From IMG/VR virus record IMGVR_UViG_3300025154_000049, positions 32,001-96,000 of that record: 64,000 nucleotides of DNA, one strand, 5' to 3'. Under the pieces are notes generated by a model, which was not told the DNA's origin, searched no databases, and was given only the letters and a program-made list of their open reading frames with translations. Origin of the DNA: a virus. Of the stretch, positions 20,063 to 30,593 are shown one piece after another (position 1 is the first letter of the stretch; each line of letters starts with the position of its first letter). A program made the position numbers and the translations under genes.

Positions 20063-20677
20063 ATGATAAAGATATGTGTTATATGTAAAAAAGAATTTGA
20101 AGCTAAAAAGTCAGCTATTACCTGTAGCTCAGAATGTTCTAAAATACAAAAATACAATAAAAGAAAGATATATAAAGAGAAGAACAAAGATTTTATAAAT
20201 AAACAAGCTAGAGAATGGTTTTCCAACAATAAAGAGAAAACTTCAGAATGCCATAAGAAGTATAGAGATGCCAATAAAGATAAAATTAAAAAATATCGGG
20301 ATACTTGGTATAATAAGAATAAAAATTATAAATTTAGAATACAGAACGATTTATCTTTTAAATTTGTTTTCAATATCAGACAGTGGTTTAATAGAGCCTT
20401 TAGACACAATAAGAAAAGTAATAAAACTTTTCAATACGTAGATTATACTTTTGAAGAATTTAGAGAGCATATAGAAAAACAGTTTAAAGAGGGAATGTCT
20501 TGGGATAATTGGACTAATAGGGGATGGCACGTAGACCACATAAAGCCTATCTCTAAATTTAATTTCTTTAATGAAGATGGAACAGAGAACATAGAGCAAG
20601 TTAAAGAATGTTTCTCCTTAAATAATTTACAACCTTTATGGGCTAAAGATAATTTAAGTAAGGGCAATAGGTATTAA
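20063..20677 (+). CDS. HNH endonuclease (homing-type)
   Basis: CxxC..CSxxC N-terminus; MSWDNW...WHVDHIKP...NLQPLWAKDNLSKG; own promoter at 20014-20042. Confidence 0.85.
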   Translation: MIKICVICKKEFEAKKSAITCSSECSKIQKYNKRKIYKEKNKDFINKQAREWFSNNKEKTSECHKKYRDANKDKIKKYRDTWYNKNKNYKFRIQNDLSFKFVFNIRQWFNRAFRHNKKSNKTFQYVDYTFEEFREHIEKQFKEGMSWDNWTNRGWHVDHIKPISKFNFFNEDGTENIEQVKECFSLNNLQPLWAKDNLSKGNRY

Positions 20678-20681
20678 GTAC

Positions 20682-20708
20682 AAAAACCTCCTATAATGGG
20701 AGGTTTTT
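20682..20708. terminator. Bidirectional terminator
   Basis: aaaaacctcc-tataatg-ggaggttttt between convergent genes. Confidence 0.8.
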
Positions 20709-20737
20709 GATATGTGAAAACACATGGATTTATTCTA

Positions 20738-21007
20738 TTAAGCAGGAGGTAATTCTGCTTGTAATTCTTCTAATGTTTTAAGAACTACCGCATTGTCTAC
20801 TACTTTAATAATGGAATTAATAAAGTTATTGACTTGCATAAAAGTTGTTAGTTCTTCAGTAGGCTGAGGTATAGTATCGAAAATAAAATTACACCATACT
20901 CCTACGTCATTGTAGTTATCCCCACCTTGATTTTCGTCTATTCCTATACATAGGATAGAACCGCTTATTCCATCTGATGTTACGCATCTGTAAACAGTAT
21001 TTGACAT
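20738..21007 (-). CDS. Small protein downstream of fibre genes (possible fibre chaperone)
   Basis: Position and late-like motif at 21027-21037. Confidence 0.5.
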   Translation of the reverse strand: MSNTVYRCVTSDGISGSILCIGIDENQGGDNYNDVGVWCNFIFDTIPQPTEELTTFMQVNNFINSIIKVVDNAVVLKTLEELQAELPPA

Positions 21008-21049
21008 TTTGTTTCTCCTATCTAATTATAATTTAAAGAAGTAGTAAAT

Positions 21050-23290
21050 TTAAAAATATGATATTTCCGCTATCTTGGTTGAAGTTACTGGTAATGTTAT
21101 TTGGGTATTAAACTTTTCAGTTGTGCTGAGAAAGCTACCGTTAAAACCGCCAAAAGATAATCCTCCATTTTGTGAACCCGAAGAAGCTAAATCTCCCCTA
21201 GCAGTATTTAAATTACCTGTGTTAGTCCAAGTAGCTCCGTTAAACTTTTCAGTACTTACTATATAGGTAGGCACACTACCTCCAAAAACCAAAGCTGAGT
21301 TTTGAGTCCCACAAGCACTAGGAGCATTTCTTCCTACGTTTAGACCGCTGGTATTAGACCAAGTAGCTCCGTTAAACTTTTCAGTAGTAGGTTGGTAAGA
21401 ATACCCTCCAGTATTACCTCCAGTACTTAACCCAGAGTTCTGAGTTCCGCATCCAGTTAGATAATATCTACCCGTATTTAAATTACCTGTGTTAGTCCAA
21501 ACAGAGCCATTAAACTTCTCAGTCTTATCATAAGGAGATACTATACCCCCAAAACTCAACCCTGCATTCTGAGTTCCACAACCCGCTAGATTATAATTAG
21601 CAGTATTTAAGTTTCCAGTACCCGTCCAAGTAGAACCATTAAACTTTTCAGACACTGAGGAAAGAGTGCTACCGTCAGGAGTACCCCCAGAAGCCAATCC
21701 GCCATTTTGTGTTCCACACCCAGCCAATTTGTGTCTAGGAGTATTTAAAGAGCCTGTATTACTCCAAGAAGAGCCATTAAACTTTTCAGCTATTGCAATA
21801 TTAGAAGCTCCGCTATACCCCCCAAAAATTAATCCAGAGTTCTCAAACCCTGCCCCTGCTGGGAATCTTCTTCCGTATGTTAAGTTCCCACTAGAAGTCC
21901 ACACACCACCTATTACATCATCTAAGAAGCCCAGTGTTGCTAGGTCATTCTGTTCTTCTTCTGTTAATCCATTAGATGAAGGTCTTACTTCTACTGATAG
22001 ATAACAAGGAGCCGTTATTTTTATATTTTTAGCATTAAAAGAAGTTATCTCTTTAAAATCAGTATCATTTTTTAAATTTATATATTGAGAGAACAAAGGT
22101 TCCCCTATAAATTTCTCTGTTATGGCAGAAACAGAACCTACTGTTCCTCCAAAGCTCAATCCAGAATTCTGAGTTCCACAAGCCCCTAAAGAATTTCTAG
22201 CAGTATTTAAATTACTAGATAAAATCCAAGTAGCACCATTAAACTTTTCTGTTATATCTAAATAGGCAGTAGTTCCAGCACCTCCAAAGCTCAATCCAGA
22301 ATTCTGAGTTCCACTTCCTCCTAGGGTAGTTCTGGCGGTATTTAAGTTACCAGAAGCAGTCCAAACAGAGCCATTAAACTTTTCAGTAGTGTTAGAAGCC
22401 ACAGAGCCATCAATACTCCCCCCAAAACTTAATCCCGAATTTTGGGTTCCGATTCCTTTAGAATAGCTTTTATTATTGATTAGGGAACCAGTAGTAGCCC
22501 AAGTAGAACCATTAAATTTCTCTGCTGTATTGACGGGAGTGTTTACACCTACTGTTCCTCCGATGCTTAATCCAGAGTTCTGAGTTCCACATCCTGCTAT
22601 ACGAGCCCTAGCGGTAACTAAATTACCAGTGTTAGACCAAGTAGAACCGTCAAACTTCTCCGTTTTGTTTAAAGGGGTTCCAGCAACCACTAATCCACCA
22701 AAACTTAATCCACTGTTTTGAGTTCCACAACCTGCTAAACTTTGTCTAGCAGTAACTAAATTACCAGTAGCTGTCCAAATAGAGCCATTGAATTTTTCTG
22801 TTACGGCTGATGCTGTTCCAGTATTACCTCCGAAACTTAATCCACTGTTTTGAGTTCCACAACCAGAAAGGGCTACTCTGGCAGTATTTAAGTTACCAGA
22901 AGCAGTCCATATATTTTTTACAAAACTACTTATCAAATTAGTCATGTTAAAATATTTATCTCCAGTAGAAGAGATATAGAATTCTTTATACATATCATCC
23001 ATACTTAATATGGTGGCACTTCCACCGCCAGAACCTCCCCCAGTACCAGTTATTTCTAACCATCCAGTATTTCCAGAGCTAGTACTCTTTCTGTATAATT
23101 TTCCTGTTCCAGAAGTATTAATATCTTGATATAGTACACCGATAGTAGAAGCAACAACTCCTTCGGGAGAACCGCTTCCTTGTATAACTACAGCGTTATA
23201 AGCATTATAAATAATATTAAAATTAGCATTGACTTCAGGAGCTACCGCTAATGTCCCAGATGTAAATGTATAAGGTTTATTAATTGTCAT
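21050..23290 (-). CDS. Kelch-repeat (2 x 6-blade beta-propeller) fibre/receptor-binding protein, paralog 1
   Basis: 12 repeats of W...GNLNTAR..L.GCGTQNSGLSFGG....TEKFNG; N-terminal KPYTFT..VNANF and GSPEGVV anchor. Confidence 0.75.
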   Translation of the reverse strand: MTINKPYTFTSGTLAVAPEVNANFNIIYNAYNAVVIQGSGSPEGVVASTIGVLYQDINTSGTGKLYRKSTSSGNTGWLEITGTGGGSGGGSATILSMDDMYKEFYISSTGDKYFNMTNLISSFVKNIWTASGNLNTARVALSGCGTQNSGLSFGGNTGTASAVTEKFNGSIWTATGNLVTARQSLAGCGTQNSGLSFGGLVVAGTPLNKTEKFDGSTWSNTGNLVTARARIAGCGTQNSGLSIGGTVGVNTPVNTAEKFNGSTWATTGSLINNKSYSKGIGTQNSGLSFGGSIDGSVASNTTEKFNGSVWTASGNLNTARTTLGGSGTQNSGLSFGGAGTTAYLDITEKFNGATWILSSNLNTARNSLGACGTQNSGLSFGGTVGSVSAITEKFIGEPLFSQYINLKNDTDFKEITSFNAKNIKITAPCYLSVEVRPSSNGLTEEEQNDLATLGFLDDVIGGVWTSSGNLTYGRRFPAGAGFENSGLIFGGYSGASNIAIAEKFNGSSWSNTGSLNTPRHKLAGCGTQNGGLASGGTPDGSTLSSVSEKFNGSTWTGTGNLNTANYNLAGCGTQNAGLSFGGIVSPYDKTEKFNGSVWTNTGNLNTGRYYLTGCGTQNSGLSTGGNTGGYSYQPTTEKFNGATWSNTSGLNVGRNAPSACGTQNSALVFGGSVPTYIVSTEKFNGATWTNTGNLNTARGDLASSGSQNGGLSFGGFNGSFLSTTEKFNTQITLPVTSTKIAEISYF

Positions 23291-23307
23291 AATATATTAT
23301 TCCCTTA

Positions 23308-25518
23308 TTATCCGTAAATAATTTCAAAACTTTTTTGCCCGACAGTAGGAAGAGAAATTTGTGTATTAAACTTTTCAGTAATAGCTAATTTGCTACCATT
23401 GGAGCCTCCGAAACTTAATCCACTGTTTTGAGTTCCAGCACCAGCTAAATCAACTCTACCAGTATTTAGGTTAGACGTGTAACTCCAGATAATTCCATTA
23501 TATTTCTCACTAATGATACTGTTAAGTTCTCCTCCGAAGCTTAATCCAGAGTTTTGAGTTCCCGCACCACTAGCATACGCTCTACCAGTATTTAGGCTAG
23601 ACGTATAACTCCAGATAATTCCATTATATTTCTCACTGGTACTAAGGCTACTCTGTCCTCCAGCAGTTAGAGCATTGTTAGAATTTCCAAATCCGATTAT
23701 ATATGCTCTAGCAGTACTCAGATTGCCCCCATAACTCCATGAAGTACCGTTATACTTTTCTGTAGTATTTAAGGTTCCCGTACCTAAACCCCCAAAACAT
23801 AAACTAGCTGTTTGTGTTCCGCATCCCCCTCCGTAACCTCTAGCAGTGCCTAAGTTTCCCCCAGAACTCCATGAAGTTCCGTCGTATTCTTCTGTTAGGG
23901 ATAGATATGATGTATTATATCCTCCAAAGTTTAACCCAGAGTTTAGTATCCCACATCCTAATGATATGTTCTTTACTACACTTGTGTTACCCCCAGAACT
24001 CCAAGAGGAGCCATTGAATTCCTCTGTTATATTCGTTCTACCGATAGAATCTATACCCGCCACCGAAACCGCTGAATTTTGAAATCCAAAACCAGCTAAT
24101 TGTTGCCTAGCAGTATTTAAGTTCCCACTAGAAGTCCACACACCACCTATTACATCATCTAAGAAGCCCAGTGTTGCTAGGTCATTCTGTTCTTCTTCTG
24201 TTAATCCATTAGATGAAGGTCTTACTTCTACTGCTAAATAACAAGGAGTATTAAATATAAACGATTTTGATTCTTTAAATTGGTCTTCTACTACTTTTGT
24301 GTCATTCTTTAAATTTACATATATATTTAATAGAGGTTCCCCAACAAATTTCTCTGTTATGGCGGAAGAGGCACTAATATAACCTCCAAAAGACAGTCCA
24401 CTATTTTGAGTGCCACACCCAGATAAATAATTTCTAGCAGTGTTCAAAGAACCAGTAGTAGCCCAAACAGAACCATTAAATTTCTCTGCAACGGCAGAAT
24501 TAGAACCCGTATTTCCTCCGAAGGATAAACCTGAACTAGAAGTACCTCCCCCCTTTAAACCGTGTCTAGCTGTATTCAAAGAACCAGTAGTAACCCAAAC
24601 AGAGCCATTAAATTTCTCGGTAACAGCAGAAACAGAACCTGTGTTACCTCCAAAAGATAAACCACTATTCTGAGTTCCGCATCCAGATAGAATATACCTA
24701 GAAGTATTTAAGTTTCCAGAAGTAGCCCAAGTAGAACCGTTGAATTTTTCTGTTACTACTATGGTAGTTGATGTGAACCCTCCAGCACATACACCAGAAT
24801 TTTGGGTTCCAAAATCTGCAAATGCCCTCTTGGCAGTATTTAGTGAACCTGTAGCAGTCCAAGTAGCCCCATTAAACTTTTCAGTAACGGCAGAGTTTAC
24901 TGTAGTAAACCCCCCAAAACTCAAACCAGAGTTCTGAGTTCCACATCCCCCTATTACAAATCTAGCAGTATTTAATGAACCTGTAGCAGTCCAAGTAGCT
25001 CCATTAAACTTTTCAGTAGTTCCAGAGGGATTAGTTCCATCGGTACTTCCCCCAAAAGATAATCCAGAATTTTGAGTTCCACATCCACCCAACTGTAGTC
25101 TAGCTGTATTTAAGTTTCCAGAGGCAGACCAAACATTTTTTACTAAGTTAGTTCCTATAAAATTAGATACATTGAATATTTTATTTCCAGTAGTAGATAT
25201 ATAAAATTCTTCGTACATATCATTACCGTCAAGAATAGTTGCTGAGAATCCTCCGCCTCCTCCAGAGCCAGAGTCTATAACAGTCTGCCATCCAGTATTT
25301 CCAGAGCCAGATATTTTCACGTATACTAAACCTGTTCCACCTGCATTCTGGTCTTCATATAAAGTACCTATGTTAGCAGTAACAACTCCTTCAGGAGAAC
25401 CACTTCCATATAATACGATAGAATTAAATGCTGAGTATATAGTATCAAAGTTTGAATTAGCTTGTGCTGATTGAGCTAATGTGTTACTCGTAAAGTTATA
25501 AGGTTTATTTACTGTCAT
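23308..25518 (-). CDS. Kelch-repeat fibre/receptor-binding protein, paralog 2
   Basis: Same architecture; late motif at 25569-25579. Confidence 0.75.
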   Translation of the reverse strand: MTVNKPYNFTSNTLAQSAQANSNFDTIYSAFNSIVLYGSGSPEGVVTANIGTLYEDQNAGGTGLVYVKISGSGNTGWQTVIDSGSGGGGGFSATILDGNDMYEEFYISTTGNKIFNVSNFIGTNLVKNVWSASGNLNTARLQLGGCGTQNSGLSFGGSTDGTNPSGTTEKFNGATWTATGSLNTARFVIGGCGTQNSGLSFGGFTTVNSAVTEKFNGATWTATGSLNTAKRAFADFGTQNSGVCAGGFTSTTIVVTEKFNGSTWATSGNLNTSRYILSGCGTQNSGLSFGGNTGSVSAVTEKFNGSVWVTTGSLNTARHGLKGGGTSSSGLSFGGNTGSNSAVAEKFNGSVWATTGSLNTARNYLSGCGTQNSGLSFGGYISASSAITEKFVGEPLLNIYVNLKNDTKVVEDQFKESKSFIFNTPCYLAVEVRPSSNGLTEEEQNDLATLGFLDDVIGGVWTSSGNLNTARQQLAGFGFQNSAVSVAGIDSIGRTNITEEFNGSSWSSGGNTSVVKNISLGCGILNSGLNFGGYNTSYLSLTEEYDGTSWSSGGNLGTARGYGGGCGTQTASLCFGGLGTGTLNTTEKYNGTSWSYGGNLSTARAYIIGFGNSNNALTAGGQSSLSTSEKYNGIIWSYTSSLNTGRAYASGAGTQNSGLSFGGELNSIISEKYNGIIWSYTSNLNTGRVDLAGAGTQNSGLSFGGSNGSKLAITEKFNTQISLPTVGQKSFEIIYG

Positions 25519-25782
25519 GTTTTTAACCTTTATATCATAATTAGTATAATTTCATAGTTCATCCTAAATATAATATAAAAGAAACGAGGGTTTTAACCCT
25601 CGTAAGAAATATCCTCCAACCGCCCTTCTAGTAGCCTATTATTTACTAGATAGCCCTCTCGATATAAGATAAGATTCTACATATTTATCTTTTGGCACTT
25701 CTATTGCTTTCTTATTTTTCTTTCCACTCATTTGTATCTCCTTTAATCTATACTACAATTATAGCATGTTTCATTAACCATG

Positions 25783-26370
25783 TCAAGTATAATATTGCCT
25801 AATGTAACAACAATTACATATAGGAAGGTATTCTAAATCGTCTCCCTCCAATATATTTACATCTTCCCAAACTTCACTAGGAAGTCCATTTACTCTTCTT
25901 AGAATCTTAGTAGCTCTTTTATCTCCACAAAAAAGACATTCAGAAAATAACCTAGTAATCTTATCTGCTCGCTCCATGAACATGTTCATTTTATTAAAGG
26001 AAGAACCTTTAAAATCAAATTCTAATCCAGAAGCTATTATACTTATATTATTCTCTAAACAATAATTAACAATATCCCTAAAGAAGACTACCCAATCTGT
26101 TATAAACTGTACTTCGTCTATATAGATAGTTTCTAACCTGTATAAACTATCACTGCTCTCATGCTCTTTTATTGTTCTTAAGATATCTTGGGAGTTATCT
26201 ATCTTTATCGCTGGATATTTTAATCCGCTCCTTGAAGTAATAAACCCGTCTTCTGTTCTTATATCTACTGAAGGGTAAAAAACTCTAAACTCTCCTTCGT
26301 CTTCAGATATTTTTCTGATAAGTAATTCACTCTTTCCACTCGCCATTGTCCCCGTGATAATCTCAATCAA
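25783..26370 (-). CDS. tdk: Thymidine kinase
   Basis: GTMASGKS, IYIDEVQF, SGLEFDFKG, CLFC and CNCC zinc motifs. Confidence 0.9.
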   Translation of the reverse strand: MIEIITGTMASGKSELLIRKISEDEGEFRVFYPSVDIRTEDGFITSRSGLKYPAIKIDNSQDILRTIKEHESSDSLYRLETIYIDEVQFITDWVVFFRDIVNYCLENNISIIASGLEFDFKGSSFNKMNMFMERADKITRLFSECLFCGDKRATKILRRVNGLPSEVWEDVNILEGDDLEYLPICNCCYIRQYYT

Positions 26371-26735
26371 TCAACTAACTCCTTTAATGTCAAATATTTA
26401 TTTCTATAGTCAATTTCACTAAAAATCTTTAGGTCTAAATAATTTAAATCTATTTTAGATAAGTTATTGGATATGAATTTATCTAATAAATGATTACGAT
26501 TCTCTAATAAGTCTAGTTTAACTACAGATTCTTGTTGAGAATTGTTTGCCCAGTATCTAACTACAAGATAATAGCCAGATTTTTTAATTTCCATAAAAGA
26601 TTCAATATGTTCACATCTCTCGTCATAGTATTTAAAATCAAAACAATCTAGTATATGTTCTATATATGAAACTGTTCCTATATCAAGTCTTCTTAGTTCT
26701 GTCTTATCTTCACTAAACTTCCAAAATTTTCCCAC
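26367..26735 (-). CDS. Hypothetical protein, C-terminal xEL tag
   Basis: Ends LTLKELVD; sigma70 promoter at 26766-26794. Confidence 0.65.
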   Translation of the reverse strand: MGKFWKFSEDKTELRRLDIGTVSYIEHILDCFDFKYYDERCEHIESFMEIKKSGYYLVVRYWANNSQQESVVKLDLLENRNHLLDKFISNNLSKIDLNYLDLKIFSEIDYRNKYLTLKELVD

Positions 26736-26903
26736 TTGATTTCTTTCGTATTAACTATTATAATGATTATACCACATGTTACCAGTTAAGTCAATATTGT
26801 TATTTAAACACTTAAAAGTATTGATATTATTGGGTTTAAGGCTTTATATTATAAGTACAAGAGGCTAGTAATCTGTTATTTTAATATAAGGACAATTAAA
26901 TAT

Positions 26904-27590
26904 ATGATTAAGAAAATTATTAGCCTAATTATGACCCTCACATTAGTTTTATTTATCTCTAATCCCATATCTTCTTGTGAAAATAAATATAGTTCTATGA
27001 TTATTAATGGAACAAGAGTTCACGTTTTAAAAGCAGATGCTAAAAATATAAAAATTATAAAAGAACAAGGTAAAATAAAATATCTTAGAACCGTAGTTAA
27101 AGAAAATAATGGATGGGGAGCTATAAATGCTTCCTTCTACAATATGAATAACCGTAAACCCTGTGGTCTTTTAATTATAGAAGGTAAGGTTATCTCTAAA
27201 AATGTGTATAACAGACCCTACATAGTCATAGGTGATAAAACTTATATATCAGATGACAAGAATATAAGCTCTGATGCTAAATTAGCAGTAGGGGGAGGAA
27301 GTTATCTATTAAAAGACGGAAAAAAATATTTTACCAATAATCACTTTAGTAAACAATTCACAAATTCAGTGGTTAGAAGAACATGTATAGGCATAAATAA
27401 AGAAGGGAAAGTTCTTTTAGTAGTTATTAGAGGGTCAAATATCTGGGGATGTGCTGATATAATGAAAAAGTTAGGAGCAGTAGATGCTATATCTTTAGAT
27501 GGGGGAACTTCTTCGCAAATGTACTATGAGGGTAAGTATATAGTAGCATCTAATAGGATAGCCCCAGTAGTTATTGTTGCGGGATACTAA
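26904..27590 (+). CDS. Phosphodiester glycosidase (NAGPA)-family secreted protein
   Basis: Signal peptide; AINASFY, GLLIIEG, RTCIG, AISLDGGTSSQM; late motif at 26843-26853. Confidence 0.8.
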   Translation: MIKKIISLIMTLTLVLFISNPISSCENKYSSMIINGTRVHVLKADAKNIKIIKEQGKIKYLRTVVKENNGWGAINASFYNMNNRKPCGLLIIEGKVISKNVYNRPYIVIGDKTYISDDKNISSDAKLAVGGGSYLLKDGKKYFTNNHFSKQFTNSVVRRTCIGINKEGKVLLVVIRGSNIWGCADIMKKLGAVDAISLDGGTSSQMYYEGKYIVASNRIAPVVIVAGY

Positions 27591-27873
27591 AACACTCTTC
27601 TAAATTTTTTATAGTTTCTCGTCTTTTATTTAATAAAAAATATAAATAATTTAATATATTAATATCCTCTGAAACGATATCTAATTTTATAGATATTTCC
27701 AACATACCTTTATCTGCCTTATTATTCTTTAATGCAAAATAAGTATTCTTTTCATCTGGTTTTACTTTAACTGTTTGATTTTCAATACTTATCTTTAACT
27801 CAGAACAAACTTCGGAGATAATTAAAAAGTCAACCTCACTTAAATTACAAAGAGTTTTCCTGAATTCCGCCAC
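27571..27873 (-). CDS. Hypothetical protein
   Basis: 100 aa; late motif at 27905-27915. Confidence 0.55.
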   Translation of the reverse strand: MAEFRKTLCNLSEVDFLIISEVCSELKISIENQTVKVKPDEKNTYFALKNNKADKGMLEISIKLDIVSEDINILNYLYFLLNKRRETIKNLEECFSIPQQ

Positions 27874-27899
27874 GTATCCCCACCACCCTCTTAATGAAT

Positions 27900-28127
27900 C
27901 TAAATATAATATAAATTATTTATAATGAGTAAATCATGTAGATTTTTACCTAATCCACAAGACCAACAACCAGTATAATATGTATGTGGAATGGGAGATT
28001 GGTTATCTCTAGTACTTATAACCTCCTCGACACTTATTACACAATTAGTGTCTATATTTCTAATAACTTTGAATAGTATTGTCCTACAATTGGGACAACA
28101 TAAATAAGAACCCTCGTAGATAATCAT
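27900..28127 (-). CDS. Small Zn-ribbon protein
   Basis: CPNC...CWSC. Confidence 0.55.
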   Translation of the reverse strand: MIIYEGSYLCCPNCRTILFKVIRNIDTNCVISVEEVISTRDNQSPIPHTYYTGCWSCGLGKNLHDLLIINNLYYI

Positions 28128-28714
28128 AAAGACCCTCTGAGTTCATTCAACATTTCTATTTTATATATAAAATCTTTATCTTTTTTATATAGTTTTTTAA
28201 GATTACTATATTCTAAAAGAGTGTCTAAATCAAAACTAGCTAAATATTTTTCTATAAATTCTTTAGTTAAATCGTCTCTTTCAGATATCCATTCCCAGTC
28301 TATTATAGAATGTTTATCCACTATAAGTTTTTCTAGCCTAGGCAAAGAAGCTCTTTTGTTAATACCTCTAACTATGTTATTATCTTTCCAAATCATTTGA
28401 GGTCTATTTAGAAAATGGTCAAGTATGTTATCTGTTAATAATATAGTATGTTCTATCAGTATGTCATAGTTCCAATATTCTTTTAATTCTTCACACTCTA
28501 AAAGTTCTTTGCTATAGTTTTTTCTCTTAGACAGTTCCCAGAAATGTAACTGGTTTCTATATTTTAAGATAAAATCCTCTGGTAGCCTATATCTCCATTG
28601 GCAACTGAGGAAACCCCACATTATATAATGTAGGTTTAAAGTACCATCATCCATTTCTTTGTAATCTCTAAGAAATCTTTCAGTATATTTATATCTATGT
28701 CTTTCTGTATACAT
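28124..28714 (-). CDS. Trp-repeat-like helical protein, C-terminal xEL tag
   Basis: IDWEWISERDDLTKEFIEKY repeats; ends EMLNELRGSL. Confidence 0.65.
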   Translation of the reverse strand: MYTERHRYKYTERFLRDYKEMDDGTLNLHYIMWGFLSCQWRYRLPEDFILKYRNQLHFWELSKRKNYSKELLECEELKEYWNYDILIEHTILLTDNILDHFLNRPQMIWKDNNIVRGINKRASLPRLEKLIVDKHSIIDWEWISERDDLTKEFIEKYLASFDLDTLLEYSNLKKLYKKDKDFIYKIEMLNELRGSL

Positions 28715-28767
28715 AAAAACTCCTTAAGTATATGATACCACAAGGAGTTATAACTGTCAATACTGAA

Positions 28768-29481
28768 TTACTTAATTGTGTATTTACGTAACAATTCGGG
28801 ATTAATCAGTTCTAGTCCCGCAACGTGTATAAATTCATTATTAAATATTGTCAATGAATCTTTAATATGATATATTAACGGTTTTTCTTCCACTAAATCA
28901 ACGGTATATATGTCTCTTGAGGGAATCCTACTGGAATGGAATAATAAATCCCCTTCTAAAGTATCCCCTATGAATCTTAAACTTGTATTATCTATAGTAG
29001 GTTGAATAGGATAGTTTAAATCTAGTACATCATTACCTATTATGATAACTCTTGTATTTTCTCTTTTTTCAAAAACAGCTTTCTTGGATAAATTGACTGT
29101 TATGTTTATATCGGATAAGATATAATTCATAAAATTGTTATTAATGATAGCAGAGACTTTATTGGAAGCTTCGTTTATTTTATCCATTCTAGGGACTTGT
29201 TTATAAACAAGCTCATTAAGAACTTCTAAATCACAAGGGAGTTTTATTTTAATAGGAATATATTTATTAGTTTTAATGTTAATGTCTGCTTCATGAAGTT
29301 TAAAGGCGGGAGTATTTTCCGTTATTCTTATTTCAGCTATAAGACTTATAATACTATTACTAATTATATTTCTAAGTACTGCTTCCCCATATTTTTCTAA
29401 TTGTGTTTTATAACCACTTGGAGGTAATTCTGATAGTTGTTTAAGAAATAATTCTATATGATTTTGCATAGTATTCTCCAA
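28768..29481 (-). CDS. Hypothetical late protein
   Basis: 237 aa, preceded by a terminator and a late-like motif. Confidence 0.6.
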   Translation of the reverse strand: MENTMQNHIELFLKQLSELPPSGYKTQLEKYGEAVLRNIISNSIISLIAEIRITENTPAFKLHEADINIKTNKYIPIKIKLPCDLEVLNELVYKQVPRMDKINEASNKVSAIINNNFMNYILSDINITVNLSKKAVFEKRENTRVIIIGNDVLDLNYPIQPTIDNTSLRFIGDTLEGDLLFHSSRIPSRDIYTVDLVEEKPLIYHIKDSLTIFNNEFIHVAGLELINPELLRKYTIK

Positions 29482-29754
29482 TTGAAATTAACTCTTTCAT
29501 TTAAAATATAAAATAAGACCCTCTTTAACTGAAGGGTCTTATTTAATTCGTATTATCTGGACTCTCCCAGAAGTATTAACCACTAAGGCAGGTTTCGCAC
29601 TTTATTAAAATTACTAAAGATAGTATTCGGGTTGTGGGGTTTAGACACCCACGTAATCATAACTATCATCCTTTCAAATAAAACTAAAACTTTTATAATT
29701 TAAATAAAATATATGTATAATTGTATTATCTCACAAAACAGTTAAGTTGTCAAG

Positions 29755-29955
29755 TTAAAAATTGTTAAGAAATAAAAGATTTAATTTATCCTGAGCTTCT
29801 AAAAATTCTTTCATTTTCTTTATTTTGAAATCATCTTCATTTAAATAGAACATAGACTGTTTTATAAAATTCTCAGAAATAACATATAGCTCATTATTTA
29901 CATCTATTACTTTATTTCTAAACACTTCTTTACTATCAGTTAGATGTTCAAACAT
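29755..29955 (-). CDS. Hypothetical protein
   Basis: 66 aa with GGAG RBS. Confidence 0.55.
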   Translation of the reverse strand: MFEHLTDSKEVFRNKVIDVNNELYVISENFIKQSMFYLNEDDFKIKKMKEFLEAQDKLNLLFLNNF

Positions 29956-29968
29956 ATAGTCTCCTTAA

Positions 29969-30244
29969 TTAATCAGTATAAATTAGAACTCTGTAACATT
30001 TTTTAGATTCATTATTAGTGTAAGGCTCTACTGTTCCTCCATAATGTCTAGCCACTAAATCATCAAACCTGCATCCATTATCACAGAAAGCTATCAGATT
30101 TAATAAATCTCCGTTTAATTTTTCCAATAACTTTTCTTCCGCTCCCCTATATAAAGTAACATGGTATTCTTTCATGGTTTTATATCTTGAGGGAATTCTT
30201 TTTATCTTAAGGGAGCCATTTATTTCCGATATCTTCATGCACAA
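29969..30244 (-). CDS. Hypothetical protein
   Basis: 91 aa ORF. Confidence 0.55.
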   Translation of the reverse strand: MCMKISEINGSLKIKRIPSRYKTMKEYHVTLYRGAEEKLLEKLNGDLLNLIAFCDNGCRFDDLVARHYGGTVEPYTNNESKKCYRVLIYTD

Positions 30245-30313
30245 CTCCTTAACTAATCTATATTATTAGTATAGATTATAATGAAAAATAATTCAAGCAT
30301 TTGTAACGAAGGA

Positions 30314-30592
30314 TTACATAAAAATACGTTGTTTTTTATGTAACATAGTCTTTTCATCCAACTCGTAAAATATCGACCTTCTGTAGTTTTCTATGATATT
30401 AGGATATCTGTCCTTCAATCTCATTAACTCTATCCCTGTTATGTTTTTTCCATCAGAAGAAAGAGAGTTAATCTGGAATCCAAATACTCTAAGAATAGGA
30501 TTTAATATTATTTTAAGGATACTTCTATGATTACATATATTATAATCACCAGTAACTCCTTTTTTATATATAACTCCCAGATACCACTTCAT
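30314..30592 (-). CDS. Hypothetical protein
   Basis: 92 aa ORF. Confidence 0.55.
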   Translation of the reverse strand: MKWYLGVIYKKGVTGDYNICNHRSILKIILNPILRVFGFQINSLSSDGKNITGIELMRLKDRYPNIIENYRRSIFYELDEKTMLHKKQRIFM

Positions 30593-30593
30593 A

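Noticed and set aside
28768-29481. Possible degenerate capsid-protein paralog
   Set aside because: Only a vague impression from late context and secondary-structure pattern; no motif I can support without HHpred/Foldseek.
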